From an uncultured Spirochaetia bacterium (GTDB lineage: Bacteria > Spirochaetota > Spirochaetia > JABEVK01): 64,000 nucleotides of DNA. The notes below the pieces were generated by a model that did not search any database, was not told the origin of the DNA, and was given only the letters and a program-made list of their open reading frames with translations. The translations under genes and the position numbers were made by a program. Of the stretch, positions 1-9,588 are shown piece by piece; position 1 is the first letter of the stretch, and every line of letters begins with the position of its first letter. The stretch lies in assembly GCA_937960645.1 (NCBI GenBank), contig CALGPJ010000005.1, positions 831 to 64,830 of the forward strand. Direction: 5' to 3'.

Positions 1-1740
1 AATGCGCATGCCGGCGTCGTAGCCCTCGTCTCCCACGTGCACCTGCTCGTTGACCTGTAAAAGCCCCAGCGGCATTTCCTGCCCGTTGATCTTGAGCGAG
101 GGCAGGGTGTAACCCAAAAGGGAATAACGGCTGGGCACGAGCTGCTCGGGCCGGAAGCGCACCCCCCCACGCCGTGCGATGTATTCCCTGCCGATCCACT
201 CCGGCATGAACCCGACGTGGTAGGCCCCGATGTACTGGTTGGGCATCAGCACGTACTTGGTGTTGGGCGTGTTGAGGATGAGCTCGAGCAGGAGGTTGGC
301 CTGGGTCACCATCTTGCCGGTCGCGAAGGGCCAGTAGGACCCCACCCCCTCGCTCACCAGGCCGCCGCCCGACACGATGCTGGGGTTGGCGTGGCCGCGC
401 GGGGCGATCAGCCGCCACAACCAGGCGATGGCCGGTGGCAGGATGTGCAACATGCCGATGATGCCGTAGTTGGGGTTATCTCGTGTGCTCGGGGGCGTTC
501 GGACCCCGAACGATCGCACGTCCACCTCCACCTTGCCGCAAACCACGTTCGCGATGTGCTTGCGGGGCATGATGACGCGGGGATTGGGGCAACGCTTGCC
601 CGGGGCGTCCAGGGTGTGTTCCCAGATCAGGGCGGTGGCCCCGGCGTGTCCGTCGATGTTGAGGAAGATTAACGGCTCCGGCGGATGGGTGCACAGCTTT
701 TCCAGGCTGGGTTCGGTGCCGTAGTGGGTCAGATGGTCCACCCGGAGGAACCAGCCCTCCTCGGCGTCTTCCACCACCAGCTTTCCGCGCTCGATCGAGG
801 CCTTGTTGTCCACCAGCGCCATGTCGTCGGTCACGGGGTTGAGTTCACAGGTGTCCACCATGTCCAGGTAGATTTTTTCCTTTGTCAGTGTGTTGGTAGC
901 CACCAGGATGCGCCCGTCCTCCAAACGGTGGATGGCCTGGGTCAGCTCGCTTTTGCCGCCACCGCTGGCCCCTTCGTGGAGGATCACGAACTCGTTATCG
1001 TAGGGAGTCTTGAGCCGGACACAGCTGGCGTGAAGGGTGAGGTAGTTTTCCTTTTCCCCTTCGTGGATGAGGATGCTGTACACCCCCTTCTTGGCACTGG
1101 GCCCGGGGTAGAGGTTGAAGCAGAACAGCTCGTGTACCTTTTCTAACCGGTGGTGGGCCACGATCTGCTTGCCATCGAAATGGGTGTGCCGGAAAGGCGG
1201 CACCAAAAACAGGGCCCCGACCGGTTCGAATCGTTGCGGCAGGGCATCCCGCGGGATGAAGCCCTGCAGGTCGGCCAGACCCGTCGCAAAAAATCCGGCA
1301 TTGCCCGGCGCCACCAGTATAGACGGGTAGCCTGTCTCGGCATCGCCGGACATGAAGGGCAGGAGGATGACACTGTCCAGTTTGCTGATCCAATCCAAAG
1401 CCTCCCGGCGCACCGGACCAAATTCCCGACCAAATCGTTCCCGAAAACGGGTCTTATCGGTGGGCAGGTCATCGGCGATCACCATGGCATCCGGGTCACG
1501 GCGCCTCATGTACGCCTCTGTGTAGTTGACCGAGGCCCCGTTTTTGCAACGGGTCACCGTGGCCTCGACGTAGCGCCCCTTGCCGGGAACATCGTAGGCA
1601 ACCTCGAAAACCTCCTGCCCCATGAAGGTGAGTTCGAGCAGGTGATTCCGATCCCTGGGGATAATAATGTCGTTGACTTTCTCCAGGGTTTCCCGAACAT
1701 CGTCCAATAGCACGAAGCGGCTTAAAAGAGATTTATCCAC
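1..1740 (-). CDS. DUF4914 family protein, PEPCK-like P-loop motifs (3' end runs off the window)
   Basis: GTG at 1740 after GGAGG. Translates MDKSLLSRF...VNYTEAYMRRRDPDAMVIADDLPTDK...NLYPGPSAKKG...LTLHASC...HEGASGGGKSE...VTDDMAL. Not in the ORF track, presumably because no stop falls inside the window. Confidence 0.8.
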   Translation of the reverse strand, partial: MDKSLLSRFVLLDDVRETLEKVNDIIIPRDRNHLLELTFMGQEVFEVAYDVPGKGRYVEATVTRCKNGASVNYTEAYMRRRDPDAMVIADDLPTDKTRFRERFGREFGPVRREALDWISKLDSVILLPFMSGDAETGYPSILVAPGNAGFFATGLADLQGFIPRDALPQRFEPVGALFLVPPFRHTHFDGKQIVAHHRLEKVHELFCFNLYPGPSAKKGVYSILIHEGEKENYLTLHASCVRLKTPYDNEFVILHEGASGGGKSELTQAIHRLEDGRILVATNTLTKEKIYLDMVDTCELNPVTDDMALVDNKASIERGKLVVEDAEEGWFLRVDHLTHYGTEPSLEKLCTHPPEPLIFLNIDGHAGATALIWEHTLDAPGKRCPNPRVIMPRKHIANVVCGKVEVDVRSFGVRTPPSTRDNPNYGIIGMLHILPPAIAWLWRLIAPRGHANPSIVSGGGLVSEGVGSYWPFATGKMVTQANLLLELILNTPNTKYVLMPNQYIGAYHVGFMPEWIGREYIARRGGVRFRPEQLVPSRYSLLGYTLPSLKINGQEMPLGLLQVNEQVHVGDEGYDAGMRI

Positions 1741-1768
1741 CGGGGCCTCCAGGTTCTAATCTTCTTTC

Positions 1769-1797
1769 ACCTTATGTTTTGAGGGAAATACTGTCAA
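1769..1797 (-). promoter_or_regulatory. sigma70-type promoter for the DUF4914 gene
   Basis: TTGACA-N17-TAAGGT on the minus strand. Confidence 0.6.
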
Positions 1798-1888
1798 GGC
1801 AATCGGGCAAAAAACGTGAAAATAATTTCGTTTGATGGCCCTCTGAGTTTCATGGGGCTCGTCGAAGTTTCGCTCGGGGATGAGAGGT

Positions 1889-2239
1889 TCAAGCGGTCAG
1901 GTCCAGCACCAAACCTGAAGACAGCTTAGGGGCGTAGGGCCCCATACCCTGTTGTGCGCGCTGAAACTTTTGTAAAAGCTCGCGGTAGGAATCCATGCCG
2001 TCCATGGTGGACCGCTGGGCAGCCCGGGCCGAACGAATGTTTTCGATGATGGTGTCCACGATTTTGAGCCCGATGAGGGAAAGTCCCGCCGTCTCGTCGG
2101 GAGCGGGCACCCCCTTCACGTTGGAGTAAGTGGCGTACATGGACTGCGACGGGTGCACCGGCACGGTCATCTTGCCGTTCCCCTGTGCCACCGAGTTGAT
2201 CGTTGCGTAGTTCAGGATCACTCCCGCTACCGGTCCCAT
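1889..2239 (-). CDS. hypothetical protein (116 aa)
   Basis: ATG after GGAG. Fills the gap between neighbours. No recognisable domain. Confidence 0.65.
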   Translation of the reverse strand: MGPVAGVILNYATINSVAQGNGKMTVPVHPSQSMYATYSNVKGVPAPDETAGLSLIGLKIVDTIIENIRSARAAQRSTMDGMDSYRELLQKFQRAQQGMGPYAPKLSSGLVLDLTA

Positions 2240-2246
2240 ACTCCAA

Positions 2247-2274
2247 ATATCGACGCCTTTGGCGTTTCACTTGA
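2247..2274 (-). promoter_or_regulatory. putative sigma28 (FliA) promoter
   Basis: TCAA-N16-GTCGATAT just upstream of the 1889..2239 gene, resembling the TAAA/TCAA-N15/16-GCCGATAA consensus. Confidence 0.5.
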
Positions 2275-2300
2275 GGGCTTGCGGAACGCAGGGAGTTTTT

Positions 2301-2480
2301 TTATTCGATTTCTTCGACCTTGGCCTTGACGACGTTGTCCTTGAGGACCTCGATCCCGTTCTTGCAACCTTCCTTGGTCTTGTAAGGTTCGCTGACGGCG
2401 ATGATCTCACCGTTACCGGCTTTGAACCGGAAGCGGTAGGTTCCTTTTTTTTCCTGGTAAACCTCAAACTTTGCGGCCAT
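2301..2480 (-). CDS. YegP/DUF1508 family protein (59 aa; absent from the ORF track)
   Basis: MAAKFEVYQEKKGTYRFRFKAGNGEIIAVSEPYKTKEGCKNGIEVLKDN..., the typical DUF1508 pattern. AAGGAG SD. Confidence 0.85.
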   Translation of the reverse strand: MAAKFEVYQEKKGTYRFRFKAGNGEIIAVSEPYKTKEGCKNGIEVLKDNVVKAKVEEIE

Positions 2481-2556
2481 GTTGTCTCCTTTGTTTAAGG
2501 ATATTCCTGTTTGCAGCGATCAACAAGGCCGGGCGCGTCCAGACGCGCGAAACGTC

Positions 2557-2919
2557 TCAGCGCTTTCTGGCCTTTTCGCGGGCCGTTTGAGCTTCCACAC
2601 TCAGTATGGTGTAGGGAATGGCTTCCAACCGTGCCTTGGGAATGGGTTTTCCGGTATCGGCACAGATTCCGTAAAGACCGCTATCGATCCGCGAGAGAGC
2701 GGCCTCGATCATTTGCAAGCGTTTTAACTCCACCTGACTCAGCGCATCCAGATTTTGACGATCGACGTCATCGCTTGCAGCATCTACGGGGTCTTTCGGG
2801 CTTTCGTCATCGATGATGGTTCGGTAATCCTCATCATCAGTCCGGAGCTGATTGAGGATTTCGGCGCGCATTCGCAGCAACTCCTGGCGCATTCTCTCGA
2901 TGAACTCGGGTTCCAGCAT
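2557..2919 (-). CDS. dksA: DksA/TraR family RNA polymerase-binding factor, single-Cys variant
   Basis: Coiled coil with DPVDAA (DxxDxA) tip. C-terminal YGICADTGKPIPKARLEAIPYTILSVEAQ. AGGAGG SD. Confidence 0.85.
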   Translation of the reverse strand: MLEPEFIERMRQELLRMRAEILNQLRTDDEDYRTIIDDESPKDPVDAASDDVDRQNLDALSQVELKRLQMIEAALSRIDSGLYGICADTGKPIPKARLEAIPYTILSVEAQTAREKARKR

Positions 2920-2947
2920 CCCTTCCTCCTAACTATTCAAGCATGGA

Positions 2948-2976
2948 AAGATGACCATTTTACATTAAAATGTCAA
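2948..2976 (-). promoter_or_regulatory. dksA promoter with a palindromic operator candidate in the spacer
   Basis: TTGACA-N17-CATCTT. Perfect 7-3-7 inverted repeat CATTTTA-CAT-TAAAATG at 2956-2972. Confidence 0.5.
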
Positions 2977-2999
2977 GGGTTGGCTTTTCCTTGCTATCC

Positions 3000-3110
3000 T
3001 GTCATTCCGAACCTGCGATAGCAGGTGAGGAATCTTGTGACCTAGAGGCTGCGGGTAAAAAGATTCCTCGCTTCGCTCGGAATGACAGTGTGGACGCTCG
3101 GAATGACAGT
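3000..3110. repeat. REP/RPE-like palindromic element (GTCATTCCG...GAGGAATCT / AGATTCCTC...CGGAATGAC) with a partial duplicated right arm
   Basis: Inverted arms at 3000-3035 and 3061-3087. Extra copy of CGCTCGGAATGACAGT at about 3095-3110. The reverse strand reads 'CHSERSEES', typical of this repeat class. Confidence 0.75.
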
Positions 3111-3118
3111 TGGTAGCC

Positions 3119-3147
3119 TTGACACTTTCTAATCCCGTACCTAGTAT
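3119..3147 (+). promoter_or_regulatory. sigma70 promoter of infA
   Basis: TTGACA-N17-TAGTAT. ATG follows 11 nt later with no SD. Confidence 0.7.
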
Positions 3148-3158
3148 GAATGTTGCAA

Positions 3159-3377
3159 ATGGCAAAAGACGACGAAATAGAAATAGACGGCGTGGTCAAA
3201 GAGTCCCTGCCCAACACCATGTTCCGGGTCGAACTCAAAAACGGCCACGTGATATTGACACACCTCAGCGGAAAAATGCGCAAGAACAATATCAAGATTG
3301 TTCCTGGTGACCGCGTCAAGGTTTCCCTGAGCGCCTACGACCTCACCAAGGGGCGGATTATTTACCGCGAGCGATAA
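3159..3377 (+). CDS. infA: translation initiation factor IF-1
   Basis: [30 protein letters not shown]...[19 protein letters not shown]...[11 protein letters not shown]. Confidence 0.98.
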   Translation: MAKDDEIEIDGVVKESLPNTMFRVELKNGHVILTHLSGKMRKNNIKIVPGDRVKVSLSAYDLTKGRIIYRER

Positions 3378-5365
3378 ACCTCCAGCACTTCATCCCGAAG
3401 CACCCAGCCCTCCATTCCATCGGCTGTCTTGATCCTGAGATGATCGTTGGCCCTGCCAAAGATGTTGACCTGGGTTCCCTTGTCGAGAGCCACCCAGACT
3501 TCCGCACTCGACTCGGGAATACGGCGCAACGCGGCCGCCTCGGGTCCAATCACAGCCAGCCGCTCGCCGCTCAAAGCCCCGCTCATCGCGTACATCCCCA
3601 GTCCACCGATGAGGATCAGGGCCATCGTCACGCTGGCACTGAGGTGAAACACTGAACCTTTTTTCAGGCCAAAGGCCAGAAATATCAATCCGGCATTGAC
3701 GCAAAGAACGATCACGAAATAGAGAATGTCGCCGTTGACGATGGGAAGGACTTTCGCGGAAGGCATGAGCGGACTTGTGGCGGTCAATTTGGCCCGAAGA
3801 ACGTCGATGCCTTCATGCTGAATGCCGGCCGCCTCCAATCTCAAAATCTCCACCAGGGCCTCGGCCTGACGTTGGAGTTTGCTCAAGGCCAGCGCTCTGG
3901 GGTAGCCCAACAGGGGGTATTGCGGATATTCGGTCATCAGTTTATCCAGAAGGTCCAGGCATTCCTCGGTTCGGTCCTGCTGGTAAAGTCTTGCGGCCTC
4001 CTGGTATCGGTCATCGAAGTCGGCCTCGAAAGCTGCCATACCGAGCATCACCAGGGACCCCAAAATCGGCGAAATGGTCGAACGCTTTACTCTTGTCCCG
4101 AATAGGATCACCAAAAACAAGACCAAACCGGGAGCCAGCGCCAAATAGGCCAGGGGCTGTTCCAAAAGACCCAGCTTGATGGTCGAACGAATTTTTTCGA
4201 CCTCAGGCCAGGCGTCCTCCCGTCGCTCCTGGGGGGCATCCTGTTTCATGATCCCCGGATCCAAACGGATTTCCGGCAGAGTCCGGAGCTTTTGGTCGAT
4301 AGGATCGAAAAAGCTGAAGGGCGGAACCACCAGGAAGGGATTTTCCCCTTCCACCTTTTGAAGATAAAACCTTTTGGTGATGCTGCCCTCGTAGCCCAGG
4401 GGTGTGGGAAGAAAGTTTTGCTCTTCCGTCTCGTTGATCAGGGTCAGTCCCTGTGTCCCGGGAGGAGGAATTTTCAGAACCGGTAAGTTCCCGAGTCCCT
4501 GGACGGTTTGGACTACGACAAGTTCGAATTCACCCGGTCCTGATTCCAACTGGGCCGCACGGGTGAAATTCCCCACGGCGCCCGTGGGATTCTCGAAAGG
4601 GACGGCCATGACGGGAATCACGATTTCAGGACTTTGCTTGCGCACCCCCGCGATGGTGAAGGTGGACGGCGGGACGACCAGGTTTCCCGGGCGCAGGGGA
4701 ATAACGGACCAGGCGGACCAGCTCAGTTCCAAAAGCTGGAAGGGGCCTATTTGGTACTGCCGCAGGTCCCCACCCTCGCGCAGTCGAGAAATCACCGCAT
4801 CCTGCCGCAGGGTCAGATCGGCGGAATCCGGCTCGGGTACGAATTCCAGGTTTCGTACCTGCAAAGCCAGAAAAAAGGGTTGCCCCACCCAGACTCGGGC
4901 AGGTGCCACCCAATTCAGGTTCAGGGGAAATCGAAGGCCTGCTTCCTCGGGGCCAACGAAGCTGGAGACGGTTTCCGCCACTCGGTATCTTCGCCCCCCC
5001 TGAAACAGGCTGAAGGCGGGGATCGTATAGAAGCCCGGCCGGCGGCTGGTCAGGCTCCAGGTGACCTGCGTCCCCGTTCTTACCCGGCCATCAGGATCGG
5101 CCCAGGAAGCCGCACGAACGTTTGGTCCGGAAACAACGGAGAGTCCCTCCGGAAAAGGGATATTTCCGGTTTCCCACCGAGCAGGATCGGCTTCCGGGAC
5201 CTGCAGCGTCAATCGTATCGGCTGACCGACAACAGCAGAAACCCGATTCGCGATGAATTGTAATTCGTCTTCCTGCTGGGCGGTCAGGGTAACGCCCAAA
5301 AACGACAAGACTGTTACCAGTCCGAATAGCCGCCAGGTGTGTCGCGAAGTATTCTGGTGCGCCAC
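3362..5365 (-). CDS. batD: BatD-like protein with C-terminal TPR and SH3 (BatE-like) region
   Basis: Signal peptide, BatD-like beta domains (GAVGNF motif), TM segments, TPR-like helices and an SH3b-like end (DGMEGWV). GTG at 5365 after GGAGG. Confidence 0.7.
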   Translation of the reverse strand: MAHQNTSRHTWRLFGLVTVLSFLGVTLTAQQEDELQFIANRVSAVVGQPIRLTLQVPEADPARWETGNIPFPEGLSVVSGPNVRAASWADPDGRVRTGTQVTWSLTSRRPGFYTIPAFSLFQGGRRYRVAETVSSFVGPEEAGLRFPLNLNWVAPARVWVGQPFFLALQVRNLEFVPEPDSADLTLRQDAVISRLREGGDLRQYQIGPFQLLELSWSAWSVIPLRPGNLVVPPSTFTIAGVRKQSPEIVIPVMAVPFENPTGAVGNFTRAAQLESGPGEFELVVVQTVQGLGNLPVLKIPPPGTQGLTLINETEEQNFLPTPLGYEGSITKRFYLQKVEGENPFLVVPPFSFFDPIDQKLRTLPEIRLDPGIMKQDAPQERREDAWPEVEKIRSTIKLGLLEQPLAYLALAPGLVLFLVILFGTRVKRSTISPILGSLVMLGMAAFEADFDDRYQEAARLYQQDRTEECLDLLDKLMTEYPQYPLLGYPRALALSKLQRQAEALVEILRLEAAGIQHEGIDVLRAKLTATSPLMPSAKVLPIVNGDILYFVIVLCVNAGLIFLAFGLKKGSVFHLSASVTMALILIGGLGMYAMSGALSGERLAVIGPEAAALRRIPESSAEVWVALDKGTQVNIFGRANDHLRIKTADGMEGWVLRDEVLEVYRSR

Positions 5366-5898
5366 TGACTTCCCTCCAATCGCTTGATAAAATCGAGAAC
5401 GACCTCCGCATCCCGTAGGTTTCGTGCCTCTGTTGCCGTTCCACCGGCCGTTGACATCTGCGGCTCGCTCTGCCGGGACTGCCACCGCTGGAGGCTGAGT
5501 TCCAGATTGTGCTTGGTATCGAGGTCTGTGGGCCTCAGGAGAATCGCCCGGCGAAAGGATTGGTAGGCCCTTCGATAATCGCCGCTTTCATAAAAAAGAT
5601 TGCCCCTGTTGTACGCAAGCCGAAACGCCAATTCCGCGTCTTCACCGGCTTCTACCAGTTCCCAGACAGCGGCCGCAGCCTCGGCCTCCCCGAGTGCGCG
5701 GTAAACAGCCCCGATGTTGTAACGCATTCGCGGGACCTCCACCCGAGAGGACAGAATATCCCAGTAGGTTTGAAGCGCATTCTGGTAGCGGCCCCGGTGA
5801 TAATCGTCGTTGGCCAGAAGGACATACCAGGTTTCGTTCCAGTTGGCACACCCGAAAAAAAGCCCGGACAAAATTGCTATTAAAAGTAACCGCGCCAT
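5314..5898 (-). CDS. BatC-like TPR lipoprotein
   Basis: Lipobox FFGC. TPR motifs YNIGAVY and YNRGNLFY...A...F..A...P.D.D.K.NLEL. Confidence 0.75.
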   Translation of the reverse strand: MARLLLIAILSGLFFGCANWNETWYVLLANDDYHRGRYQNALQTYWDILSSRVEVPRMRYNIGAVYRALGEAEAAAAVWELVEAGEDAELAFRLAYNRGNLFYESGDYRRAYQSFRRAILLRPTDLDTKHNLELSLQRWQSRQSEPQMSTAGGTATEARNLRDAEVVLDFIKRLEGSQWRTRILRDTPGGYSDW

Positions 5899-6857
5899 TT
5901 GATCACCCTCACCAGCCACGATAAGACCAGAAACAGAATCGACAGACCCAGGAAGAGACTGCCTGTAGCCCGAGGCCGCACGGCCATCAGGAATCCGGGA
6001 TTTTTGTACAGGCTCAACTGCTGAGCCAATCCCACCCCGCCTTGACCCAGATGGTACGAATCGACCCCGGAGAGATTTGCCAGATGTTGAAAAAGACGCT
6101 CGTTGAAACGCGACACCACCTCCAGCCCCTCGGCATCCTTGACCCAGCCCCCCGCGGAATCGGGAACCCGACCGCCCTCCCGCCTGCCTGCGCCGACCCA
6201 TAGAATCTTGATACCGGCCTCGCGAATGAGCCGGAGGGCCGAGGCGAAATCTCTGTCCTCGACCTCGAAATCGGAGAATACCGCCATGACCTTGCGGCGG
6301 TTACTGGGGACGCTCAGGGCGCGATAAGCCGCCATTAGCCCTTCGGTGAGGTTGGATCCCGGCTCCGTGACCATCGAGGGGTGCAGGAGGCCCACCAGGT
6401 TTCGCAGGGCTCCCTGATTTTGACTGAGGGGCTGAAGGATCAGGCCGCTTCCCCTAAAAACCACCAGAGAAAACCAGCTCCCCCGGAGGGCGGGAAGTGC
6501 CGAATAGATTCCACCACGGACCGTTTCCAAACGCGAGGCCGCCCCTTCCATAACCAACATGCTGGGGCTGACATCGACGACGAAGGCGATTTCCAGCTGA
6601 TCCTCGTAGCTGGGCTGTGTCTCGAAATCCCAGCTCAACCCGACGATCTGAAGACCCACCGACACCAGGGCCAACAGAAAAAACAACCGGGAGAAAAAGG
6701 TTTTGATCGCAAAATAGCGCCGATACCCCACCTGCCGATCTCGTGGCGCAAACTTCAAAAGGTTTTTCAGCGCGCGGTGTTCCGCGAAAAACAATAGTGC
6801 CGCCAGGGGGAGGATCAAAAAGAAGAGGGGCAAGTACTCGGGGTGGGAAAGGCTCAC
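5880..6857 (-). CDS. batB: VWA domain membrane protein (BatB-like)
   Basis: N-terminal HPEYL plus TM helices, MIDAS DVSPSM, SDFE. Confidence 0.8.
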   Translation of the reverse strand: MSLSHPEYLPLFFLILPLAALLFFAEHRALKNLLKFAPRDRQVGYRRYFAIKTFFSRLFFLLALVSVGLQIVGLSWDFETQPSYEDQLEIAFVVDVSPSMLVMEGAASRLETVRGGIYSALPALRGSWFSLVVFRGSGLILQPLSQNQGALRNLVGLLHPSMVTEPGSNLTEGLMAAYRALSVPSNRRKVMAVFSDFEVEDRDFASALRLIREAGIKILWVGAGRREGGRVPDSAGGWVKDAEGLEVVSRFNERLFQHLANLSGVDSYHLGQGGVGLAQQLSLYKNPGFLMAVRPRATGSLFLGLSILFLVLSWLVRVIKWRGYF

Positions 6858-7852
6858 AGCACCTCCCGAAGAAGGATTTTGCGGACCAGAAGCCAGCCGA
6901 TCAGGAGCAGGGCACCGATTTGGGCAACCAGCCCCTGAAAGCTTTCGAACCGGACCCGGACACTCGTCTTGACGCCGGTGATTTCCCGGGACTGGATGGA
7001 TCTCAGAATGGCCTCCAGAAGGCCGGGACTTTGGGCCGTGAAATAACTTCCCCCGGAAAGCCCGGCGAGCGATTTAAGTTCCGCTTCGTTAAACGATTCT
7101 TCCAGCGTGCCCGCAAGAATCCGACCGGTGGCGGGATCACGCAGGACCGCCGGCACCCTTTCGCGGGAGCCGATGCCTACGATGTAGGTCTTGACACCCA
7201 GACCCCGAAGAGAGCGAGCGGCGGTCTCCGGTCGAATCTCCCCGGCATTGTTCTGGCCGTCGGTCAGCAAGACCAGCACACGATTACCCGGCAGCTCGGA
7301 AAGATAGAGTCCGCCCAGGGCCAGCCCCATCCCCAGGGCAGTCCCGTAACCCAGATCGGCGATTTGCAAGGCCCACATCTTTTCCAGGAAGGTGTCGCGA
7401 TCCAGGGTGGGAACCACGCGCAAGGCGGCGTTTTGAGCGAAGGTGATCAGGCCGAATTGAACCCCGCGCAACGATTTCACGAAACGCTCGATGACCTCGC
7501 GACTGGCATCGAAACGAGTTTTGCCGGGCAGGTCCTGGGCCGCCATGGTGGGGCTTTCATCCAGGACGAACACGATGGTGGTCCCGCTCTCCAGAATCAC
7601 TTCTTCCCGCCGAGCCAGACCGGGGTTGGCAAAGCCGACGATGAGGAGCAACAGACCCAGACTCCACAATACCGCGCTCAGCCGGTTCAGGGCACGGATC
7701 CCCAGGGGGGCCGAGGGGTGGGCGGGCCCCTGCCAGATACCCAGGGAAAAAACGAGCCGGCCCCCCTGAAAAAAACCGCTTTTGCGCAGCGAATAGCCCA
7801 AAGGGAGGATCAAAACCAGAAACAAGGCCAGGGGGTTTTCGAAGCTGATCAT
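6854..7852 (-). CDS. batA: VWA domain membrane protein (BatA-like)
   Basis: FENP start, DESPTM MIDAS, GTALGMGL, LLTDGQNNAG. Confidence 0.85.
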   Translation of the reverse strand: MISFENPLALFLVLILPLGYSLRKSGFFQGGRLVFSLGIWQGPAHPSAPLGIRALNRLSAVLWSLGLLLLIVGFANPGLARREEVILESGTTIVFVLDESPTMAAQDLPGKTRFDASREVIERFVKSLRGVQFGLITFAQNAALRVVPTLDRDTFLEKMWALQIADLGYGTALGMGLALGGLYLSELPGNRVLVLLTDGQNNAGEIRPETAARSLRGLGVKTYIVGIGSRERVPAVLRDPATGRILAGTLEESFNEAELKSLAGLSGGSYFTAQSPGLLEAILRSIQSREITGVKTSVRVRFESFQGLVAQIGALLLIGWLLVRKILLREVL

Positions 7853-8715
7853 GATGCGCTCACCTTTTTCCTGCCGGCGTGGTCGGTCAAAGTCCTGAGA
7901 CTGGCCAGGGCGCGTTCCACATCATCCATCCTGGCCTCGGGGAGATTTTCGGTTCCGCTGTAAATAAACCGCTCACATCGGCTCAGGAGGTCCACCCAAA
8001 CCATGCCCTCCGAGGGAATGTAATCCGAAATCACGGCAGCCATCTCAGTGGCCGTCAAGCTGCTCAGCCCCGAATCTCCGGAAGTTGCAACGATCCACCT
8101 GCGAATCGAAACGTTCAATTCCTCGTAAAATTCACGCGCACTCAGCCGATAGGAGTTTTTTTTGAGGTGCTCCAATTTGTTCGAAAGGTAGCGATAGGGC
8201 AATACCCGGCGATAGATTTCCCCCAGGGATCGATAAAACCGACCCGCCCACCGAAGTCCATAAAACAACAGTACCGGGAGGCCCAATACCAGAAAAAGCA
8301 AGAGGGATATTTGTGCCACCGTTTGCGGCATGGGCAGGGGATCCAGGTAGGGCCGCAGTTCCTGCTCTGCCCCCAGGAGGCTTCTCGTTGTAATGGAGAC
8401 TCCCGCAATCGAGCCGCCGCCGAGCTGCAATGTCGGCAACACTCTTTCGCCGGGAGCGTAGCTCACGAAGGTAATGTTGACCCAGGTCTGAGCACCGACC
8501 CGCACCAGCTCCACCCTGCGGATATCGATGAACTCGTGGACAGGCAATTGCGAGGGTATCAAGAGAGCGTCGGGGTTTTCCGTATCGACGAGGAGGCGCA
8601 GCTCCACCTGATCGCCCACGTAAAACTCGGGCGGCACGAAGACGGTTTGCCGGATGGTGATGTTCTGCTGTGCCGACAGTAACGATGCCAGTAAACAGAA
8701 AAGGAGAACGATCAC
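7849..8715 (-). CDS. Bat-operon hypothetical membrane protein
   Basis: GTG overlaps the DUF58 stop (GTGA). Signal peptide, beta domain, one TM and an LTATE motif. Confidence 0.7.
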   Translation of the reverse strand: MIVLLFCLLASLLSAQQNITIRQTVFVPPEFYVGDQVELRLLVDTENPDALLIPSQLPVHEFIDIRRVELVRVGAQTWVNITFVSYAPGERVLPTLQLGGGSIAGVSITTRSLLGAEQELRPYLDPLPMPQTVAQISLLLFLVLGLPVLLFYGLRWAGRFYRSLGEIYRRVLPYRYLSNKLEHLKKNSYRLSAREFYEELNVSIRRWIVATSGDSGLSSLTATEMAAVISDYIPSEGMVWVDLLSRCERFIYSGTENLPEARMDDVERALASLRTLTDHAGRKKVSAS

Positions 8716-9587
8716 GTTGTCACCCTGCGTTCGAAAAAATCGAGGAGCTTGAGACCGGGATTGTCGTTGGTGCTGATTTCCAGGGTTCGAATTCCTCGCT
8801 TTTTGCACTCCCGAAGCCAAATCAGCCGTTGCAAGGCGTTGAAATCGCGATGTTCCCTCAAAAAGTCGCTGCTACGGCCCCAGGTAGAAATCACCTGACG
8901 GGTCTCCGGATCGATCACCTCCAAATAGCCGGCCTCGGGAAAGTTCTCGTCGATCGGGTCGTGCAGCCGGCAGGCGATGACCTCGTGCCGCACGGTAAGG
9001 CGGCTGAGCGCACTCCAGTAATTTCCCACTCGAAAATCGGAGAGGATGAAGACGATCCCGCGCCTCTTGATGAACTGCCGGGTGGCGAGGAGGGCCTCGG
9101 ACATGGAAGTGCCGTTTTCCCGGGGAGTCGTTGCCAGGCAGTATTGCAGGAGTTTGGCCGCATGGGCATTGCCCTTTCTCGGTCGCAGCACCTTGTGGAT
9201 CTTGCGGGCAAAAAACACCCCCCCGACTCGGTCGCCGTTGTGATTGGCGGCATAGACCAAATGCGCAAAGAGGATGTCGAGGAGGTCCCTCTTGCTCGTT
9301 TGTCCGATTCCCTGCCCCATGCTCAGCGAAAGATCGGCGACCAGGGTGAGGTTCATCTCCCGCTCTTCATGGTACACCTTGGTGTACGCATTGTTCAGGC
9401 GCGAAGTGACGTTCCAATCGATGAAGCGAGCGTCGTCCCCCGGGACGTATTCCCGGACCTCCACGAATTCCAGACCTGGGCCGCGGAAGGCGGTGTGATA
9501 GCTTCCCGGGAAGAGTCCTTCCACCAGCTTGCGGCTGGTGAGCCGCAACATTCGGACCTTTTTGTAGAATTCGGTACGATCCTTCAT
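8712..9587 (-). CDS. DUF58 domain protein
   Basis: FRGPGLEFVEVREYVPGDDARFIDWNVTSR, DLSLSM, ILSDF. Confidence 0.92.
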   Translation of the reverse strand: MKDRTEFYKKVRMLRLTSRKLVEGLFPGSYHTAFRGPGLEFVEVREYVPGDDARFIDWNVTSRLNNAYTKVYHEEREMNLTLVADLSLSMGQGIGQTSKRDLLDILFAHLVYAANHNGDRVGGVFFARKIHKVLRPRKGNAHAAKLLQYCLATTPRENGTSMSEALLATRQFIKRRGIVFILSDFRVGNYWSALSRLTVRHEVIACRLHDPIDENFPEAGYLEVIDPETRQVISTWGRSSDFLREHRDFNALQRLIWLRECKKRGIRTLEISTNDNPGLKLLDFFERRVTT

Positions 9588-9588
9588 G

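Noticed and set aside
2965-3165. 66-aa minus-strand ORF containing CHSERPHCHSERSEES
   Set aside because: It is the translation of the palindromic repeat element and overlaps the infA promoter, so it is unlikely to be a real gene.
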